In this document: in pieces, positions 8,277 to 13,129 of the stretch
How the letters are laid out: the number at the start of each line of letters is the position of its first letter
Position numbering within the stretch: position 1 is the stretch's first letter
Origin: Amoebidium appalachense
Lineage: Eukaryota; Protista; Ichthyosporea
Direction: 5' to 3'
DNA: 13,129 nucleotides
Assembly (NCBI GenBank): GCA_963693365.1
Contig: CAVNZM010000081.1
Coordinates: 1 to 13,129, forward strand
The notes under the pieces: generated by a model
Told to the model about the DNA's origin: nothing
Database searches by the model: none
Seen by the model: the letters and a program-made list of their open reading frames with translations, nothing else
Program-made: the position numbers and the translations under genes

Positions 8277-9310
8277 ACATGGCTTTTGCTTGTGGTCTTT
8301 CTAATTACTCAGTTAGTTTATTCCATCTTTTTAATCATGGTTTCTTTAAAGCTCTTCTTTTCTTAAGTGCAGGGTCTGTTCTTCACGCTTTAGCTGATGA
8401 GCAAGATCTTAGAAAAATGGGTGCACTTATTTATTCTCTCCCCTTTACTTATTCAATGATGACTATCGGGTCTTTATCTTTAATGGGATTCCCATTCCTT
8501 ACAGGATTCTATTCTAAAGATCTTATATTAGAGTTAGCGTATGCTCATTTTTCTTTCCATGGTACATTTGCTCATTGATTAGGAACTTTAGCTGCTTCAT
8601 TAACTGCTTTCTATTCTTTCCGTCTTATTTATCTTGCCTTTATTAACACTCCAAACTCTTCTTACTCTCATTTCTCACATTCGCACGAGCCAGTGCTTCC
8701 AATGATGTTTCCTTTAGCGTTCTTGGCCTTCTGTTCTATTTTTGTTGGTTATTTCTTTAAAGATCTCTTTGTTGGATTAGGATCTCCTTTCTTCTCTTCT
8801 GCAATTTTTGCACTTCCTTCTCATCCATCTCCATTAGATTCGGAATTTATCCCTTCATCAGTTAAACTCTTACCTCTTATATTCTCTATGTTAGGAGTAG
8901 CCATAGCAACATTCTTATATCCATTCTATTCAAGTTCATCTTGAATTAATCCACTATTCTCTACTCCATTAGCCTTATCTATTCACTCTTTCTTATCTTC
9001 TTCATGACATATCGATTGATTATATAATGAAACATTTGGAAAACCTTTCCTTCATTTTGGACATATTGTTTCGTATAAAGCAATTGATCGTGGTTTATTA
9101 GAGTCCTTAGGACCTAATGGTCTTTCTTCTTTATTTTATTCGTCTTCTAAAGTCTTATCATCTCTCCAATCAGGATATATTTATCATTATGCTTTTGTTA
9201 TTTTCGCTGCTACTACTTTATTCTTTGCGCTTTCTTTATTTTCATCTCTTACACTTTCAGTTTCACTTCCAGTGCTCTTTTTAATTCCTCTCCTTTGTTT
9301 ATTTATTTAG
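8277..9310 (+). CDS. nad5: NADH dehydrogenase subunit 5, exon 3
   Basis: (Y)[36 protein letters not shown]...EQDLRKMG...[16 protein letters not shown]...[13 protein letters not shown]...[10 protein letters not shown], ending at TAG 9308-9310. The spliced CDS is 759+217+1034=2010 nt. Confidence 0.97.
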
Positions 9311-9328
9311 TTAATCAATTTAAATTTT

Positions 9329-9444
9329 CCTCTCTTTGTTGAGAGGCGAGTCCTTACTAACGCTATTATTATTCTTAGTAAGAGATGGTACAGTATTACC
9401 ATAGTACTATAGCTGTAACAAGTACTCTAAAAAAATAAGAGTAC
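9329..9444 (+). other. Run of short stem-loops just downstream of the nad5 stop (possible 3'-end signal)
   Basis: cctctc/gagagg 9329-9346, cttactaa/ttagtaag 9353-9382, atggta/taccat 9385-9402 and gtactct/agagtac 9422-9444. Function is inferred. Confidence 0.4.
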
Positions 9445-9789
9445 CAGTACTAAAGACTTCCTCTTGTAATATTTGTATAAATAAGAAACCATTCCTCTAG
9501 TGTGTATAAAGAAATAAAAGGATTGTAAGTACTTAGGAGAGCAGAAAGGGAAGTCTCACAAAGTGGTATCTCTACAAATGGACATCCCAAAAAATAACAT
9601 CCCTTTTTCAATAATAGTAGAGTACCCTACAAACCCTAGAATGAAAGTATAGAAATAGAAGAGTCTTGTAAACAAAGAAGTTTAACAAGACGAAGATAAT
9701 ATAAAGCAAAGATTTTACAAAGATCAAAAGGAGACAATTGGAATGACCGGGAGGAGACGATATTTAAACTATAGGATCTGACGGGCGCC

Positions 9790-9828
9790 AGGCAATAGCC
9801 TAAGCTAGTTTGGTACTGTGTACCTGCG
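9790..9828 (-). repeat. Solo inverted copy of the 44-bp minisatellite unit
   Basis: Reverse complement cgcaggtacacagtaccaaactagcttaggc matches the unit core cacaggtacacagtaccaagctagcttag at 12756-13019. Confidence 0.82.
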
Positions 9829-11647
9829 GCATAACAACCAGAAAGACAGCATCCAAAATCTAATGGATTAAATCCCTTGACGCCCGCGTGAACCGCATGC
9901 AACGAAAGCCGCTCACACGGTTTCTAGGAGTTGATTTTGACGTGAATTGGACGAACTCCGGCTAATCCGAGCTAAGAGTCCTTATCGCAACCCAGGTCTG
10001 GTATCCCAAACACCGGGGTGAAGTAAGAGCAATCTTTCCGAAGAACAGAACTACATGCAGAAACAGCATAAACCAGAGCAGCAATCTCATGGAAGTAACA
10101 AGAGGAGAAAATGAACTCACCAAAACCCAAGAATGGGAGACAGAATAATCTCAGAAGTACATAAGTATAACACGACGAAGATAACAGAAGAGAGATCACC
10201 AAAGATGGCAAGTAAACAGAAGTGAGAGTGAATGGCAGAAAAGAAGATTAACCAGCTATCAAAGAACTCCGAAAAAGGGGGGGGGGAAATCCCTGCTAAC
10301 GAAAGAGATACCGCAAAATAGCTATCAACATAAGACTCAAACGAGACCGCCCAGTAAACCCTATTAAGGATAAGAAATTGTTGAACTCATAGCTTAAGAA
10401 GAGGTTAAAGAACGGTAATAAAGTAGCATGAAGCAGACGAAAGGATGAACCTCAAAATAGAGAAAAGCTTACGAGATAATAGGAACAGCAGAAGCAACAA
10501 GATGTACAACTAAGGCAGACTTCGGAACATTAACCTAAAGTGTAAGCAATCTAACCCACCTTACCTATCACCACACTACATCAACGACAAATACCCATAA
10601 ACACAGCGAACACTACACCCATTGAAAGCACAAAATGGGAACGCTAGCGCACTAAGACCGAAATAAAACTTGCGCATCATTTGAACCAACACACTATGTC
10701 TACATCTCATTCAAAAAAATGGTCGGCGTGTAATCTCTGAAAATACTACCAACAAATGAATCATCTACCTCGGTTCTCTGTTAATTATACCTCACCCACA
10801 ATAACATCGAACGACCTAACTTTACTCTCAACATACTACGCCAACAATATATGAAATTTGAAATGAAGAAGGAAGACGGGATATTTAACAAAAAGTGAAA
10901 TGTATGAAAACACAAGTTTGAATAACAGCAACAGCAAATTCTAAACCCGATATAACAAAATCCCTAACGCAGGCAAAGATAATAACTCTCCAGTCGTTAA
11001 CATCGTCCAAATGAATTCACTCGAAATAGCTAACAAAGACGGCCTGCTGAATATTGGCAGCAAGACGAACACCCAATAAGGTTGCTCTAGCTGAATAACT
11101 TACTAATCCAATCATTACCAACCAAGAAGAAATAGCCATTATAGCACGAAAACCCCAAGAAGCCAACACCATGAAAGACTAAATCCAGGTAAGACAAATC
11201 AGAACTAAATTCATAATAATAAAACCAACGCAACACTAACACGAGTAGCAGCATTTAACCTGAAATAAAATCAGCACATCATCGAATCAACACTTTACAG
11301 CCTATATTCCATCTCATCCGAAAAAGATAGTTTGCTTGCAGTCTCTGTGAACTCGCCCACCTTTATCAAGTAGAGGTAAACCCCGTATCACTCATTAACA
11401 AAGGAATACCTAAACCCTAACAGCTCCCAACCACGTATAGGCAGAAAGAATATTGAGAAGGTATAGTTAAAGCAGATGAGGAAATATCCTCACAATGCCT
11501 TAAGAAGTGCCTAGTACAAACAGATTTACCAACACGATTGGGAAGTTTTCCTTAAAGACAAAGACGAACACCTTTAAACCCAAGCAACAACCAACCGAGC
11601 TACAGAGACAATGTGAATTTCTAAAAACCTCCATATACTGAAGGATC

Positions 11648-11696
11648 TGGTACCTACGGAAATCGACGGAACTTTCGCGGTGCTCCAACCTACAAC
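11648..11696 (+). repeat. Repeat module B, direct copy 1
   Basis: tggtacctacggaaatcgacggaactttcgcggtgctccaacctacaac, 46/49 identical to 12023-12071. Confidence 0.92.
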
Positions 11697-12022
11697 AATT
11701 AACGCATGAAGTTGTACTACCGTGGTAACTCTGGACGTTCCAATGCTCTCTCATCAACTGAGTTTAACATCTCGAAAGCTAGACTTCCGCTGGTAAGATC
11801 CAACTAGTTTAGGAAAGATCCTGCGCACTTAGAAAAGATCCGGCACACCTGGAAGATAATCTCGCCACCAAACAAGACCCATGTTTCCGCCTCAACCAGC
11901 AAGCTAACCTACATTTTCTGTTTACAAGATAATGCCCTACCACCAAGCTACACTAATCACACTTTTTCCAACAAGCTAGGATTGTAAAACCAATTTTATT
12001 TTTACAAGTTGGTAGCAGGACT

Positions 12023-12071
12023 TGGTACCTACGGAAATCGACGGAATTTTCGCGGTGCTTCAACCTATAAC
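12023..12071 (+). repeat. Repeat module B, direct copy 2
   Basis: tggtacctacggaaatcgacggaattttcgcggtgcttcaacctataac. Confidence 0.92.
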
Positions 12072-12447
12072 CTCTTGTTCCAAACCCGAGTGGCCGACCA
12101 ATTGAGCTACCCTCTGGTAACCTAATAAATATAATAAGGCCGGATCCAAACCTGCTACTTCATGACAGAGCGATCCTTTTCAAAAAAGCTTGCTTTCAGA
12201 TCGCCTCTTCTTCGTCATTCCTTGACAGCGGGATAATATGATTACCCAGGCTGGATCCCTAAGGATATAGGCTGAGTCAATCAGTGGATACTAGGTATTT
12301 ATTCTTGGTCTAAAGTTTGTCAATCGTTAGATCATTAAATTTAAGTCAGCAAGCTTTCACTTCGTAGCATAACTACTATCTCTTTCATGACAAAAGAACA
12401 TTGCGAGTGCCAACGAGTTGCAAATCCCAATGAGTTGCGAGTCCTAG

Positions 12448-12755
12448 ACGAGCTTGTCGTCGTATGATGACAAGAGCATAAGACTTTTCTCTTAGCAAGA
12501 AAGCTCAAACGAGACTCTTGTAATCACAAGATTATCAATTCACCTTGTATGAGTAGAAGAACTTGCGAGTTGCGAGTACTAATACGAGCTTGTCGTCGTA
12601 TGATGACAAGAGCATAAGACTTTTCTCTTAGCGAGACGGCTTTGAAAAACTTCTTGGTACTAGATGAGCTTGTAGTCATATGATGACAAGAGCATAAGAC
12701 TCTTCTCTTAGCGAGAAGGCTCAAGAGAGACTCTTGTAATATGAGGATTACCCAT
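12448..12755 (+). repeat. Repeat module A, three copies (12448, 12584, 12664) with a ~50-bp conserved core
   Basis: Core acgagcttgtcgtcgtatgatgacaagagcataagacttttctcttagc. Copies 1 and 3 share a longer tail (gagactcttgtaat...gatta...attcaccttg). Confidence 0.93.
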
Positions 12756-13019
12756 TCACCTTGCGCACAGGTACACAGTACCAAGCAAGCTTAGTCAAAT
12801 CGCCTTACACACATGTATACAGTACCAAGCTAGCTTAGATAAATTACTTTGTGCACAGGTACACAGTACCAAGCAAGCTTAGTCAATTCGCCTTGTGCAC
12901 AGGTATACAGTACCCAACGAACTTAGTCAAATAGCCTTGCGCACAGGTATACAGTACCAAGCTAGTTTAGGCAATTCACCTTGTACACAGAGATATCCTC
13001 CCAAGCTTGTGTAGGCAAT
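12756..13019 (+). repeat. 44-bp minisatellite, six units (last one diverged)
   Basis: Units start at 12756, 12800, 12844, 12888, 12932 and 12976. Approximate consensus tcgccttgtgcacaggtatacagtaccaagctagcttagtcaaa. Confidence 0.95.
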
Positions 13020-13076
13020 TCCTCCCCCTTATAAATATGTTAATAACAATTAAAGATTTATATTAATCCCAATTCT

Positions 13077-13116
13077 TGATCTGCTAAAACTCCGATTTTC
13101 AGATTAGTCACGTCTG
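13077..13116 (+). repeat. Repeat module C copy at the right edge
   Basis: atctgctaaaactccgattttcagattagtcacgtctg, 36/38 identical to 1839-1876. Confidence 0.9.
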
Positions 13117-13129
13117 TATACAGAAATTT

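Noticed and set aside
5830-8944. Fragmented nad5/nuoL ORFs read as a pseudogene or a bacterial nuoL
   Set aside because: All breaks are TGA codons read as Trp or group I intron boundaries. The spliced code-4 frame is intact.
9636-11757. Minus-strand ORFs of 79-88 aa, or a definite retrotransposon call
   Set aside because: No gag, RT, integrase or LTR features recognised. The ORFs are consistent with base-composition bias.
12448-13019. CRISPR array
   Set aside because: Intervening sequences are unequal in length and homologous to each other, the 44-bp units have no spacers, there are no cas genes, and the context is eukaryotic.

Overview
Eukaryotic, non-bacterial window. The only recognisable gene is an intact mitochondrial-type nad5 on the + strand, join(5323..6081,7060..7276,8277..9310), 669 aa, read with TGA=Trp (genetic code 4). 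Two group I introns split it. Intron 1, at the nad5-717 site, carries an intact in-frame double-motif LAGLIDADG homing endonuclease in its P1 loop. Intron 2 carries a decayed GIY-YIG endonuclease in its P1 loop. I recognised no other mitochondrial protein gene in the ~5.3 kb upstream or ~3.8 kb downstream. The flanks (1-2450, 5043-5322, 9311-13129) are AT-rich non-coding DNA built from a shared set of short repeat modules in both orientations. One module brackets the nad5 unit as an inverted pair (5043-5136 versus 13077-13116, with further copies at 1839-2426). A 38-bp GC-rich module shows both filled and empty sites. A compositionally different block (about 2450-5040) with (CA)n, (GA)n, poly-C, (TA)n and CpG-rich palindromes separates the two AT-rich domains. 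The leading hypothesis (inference) is single-gene mitochondrial minichromosome-like units with shared terminal motifs. These could be joined by assembly, part of a gene-sparse mtDNA, or recently inserted into nuclear DNA as a NUMT. The sequence alone cannot distinguish these, and the organism is not identifiable beyond 'probably opisthokont-like'.
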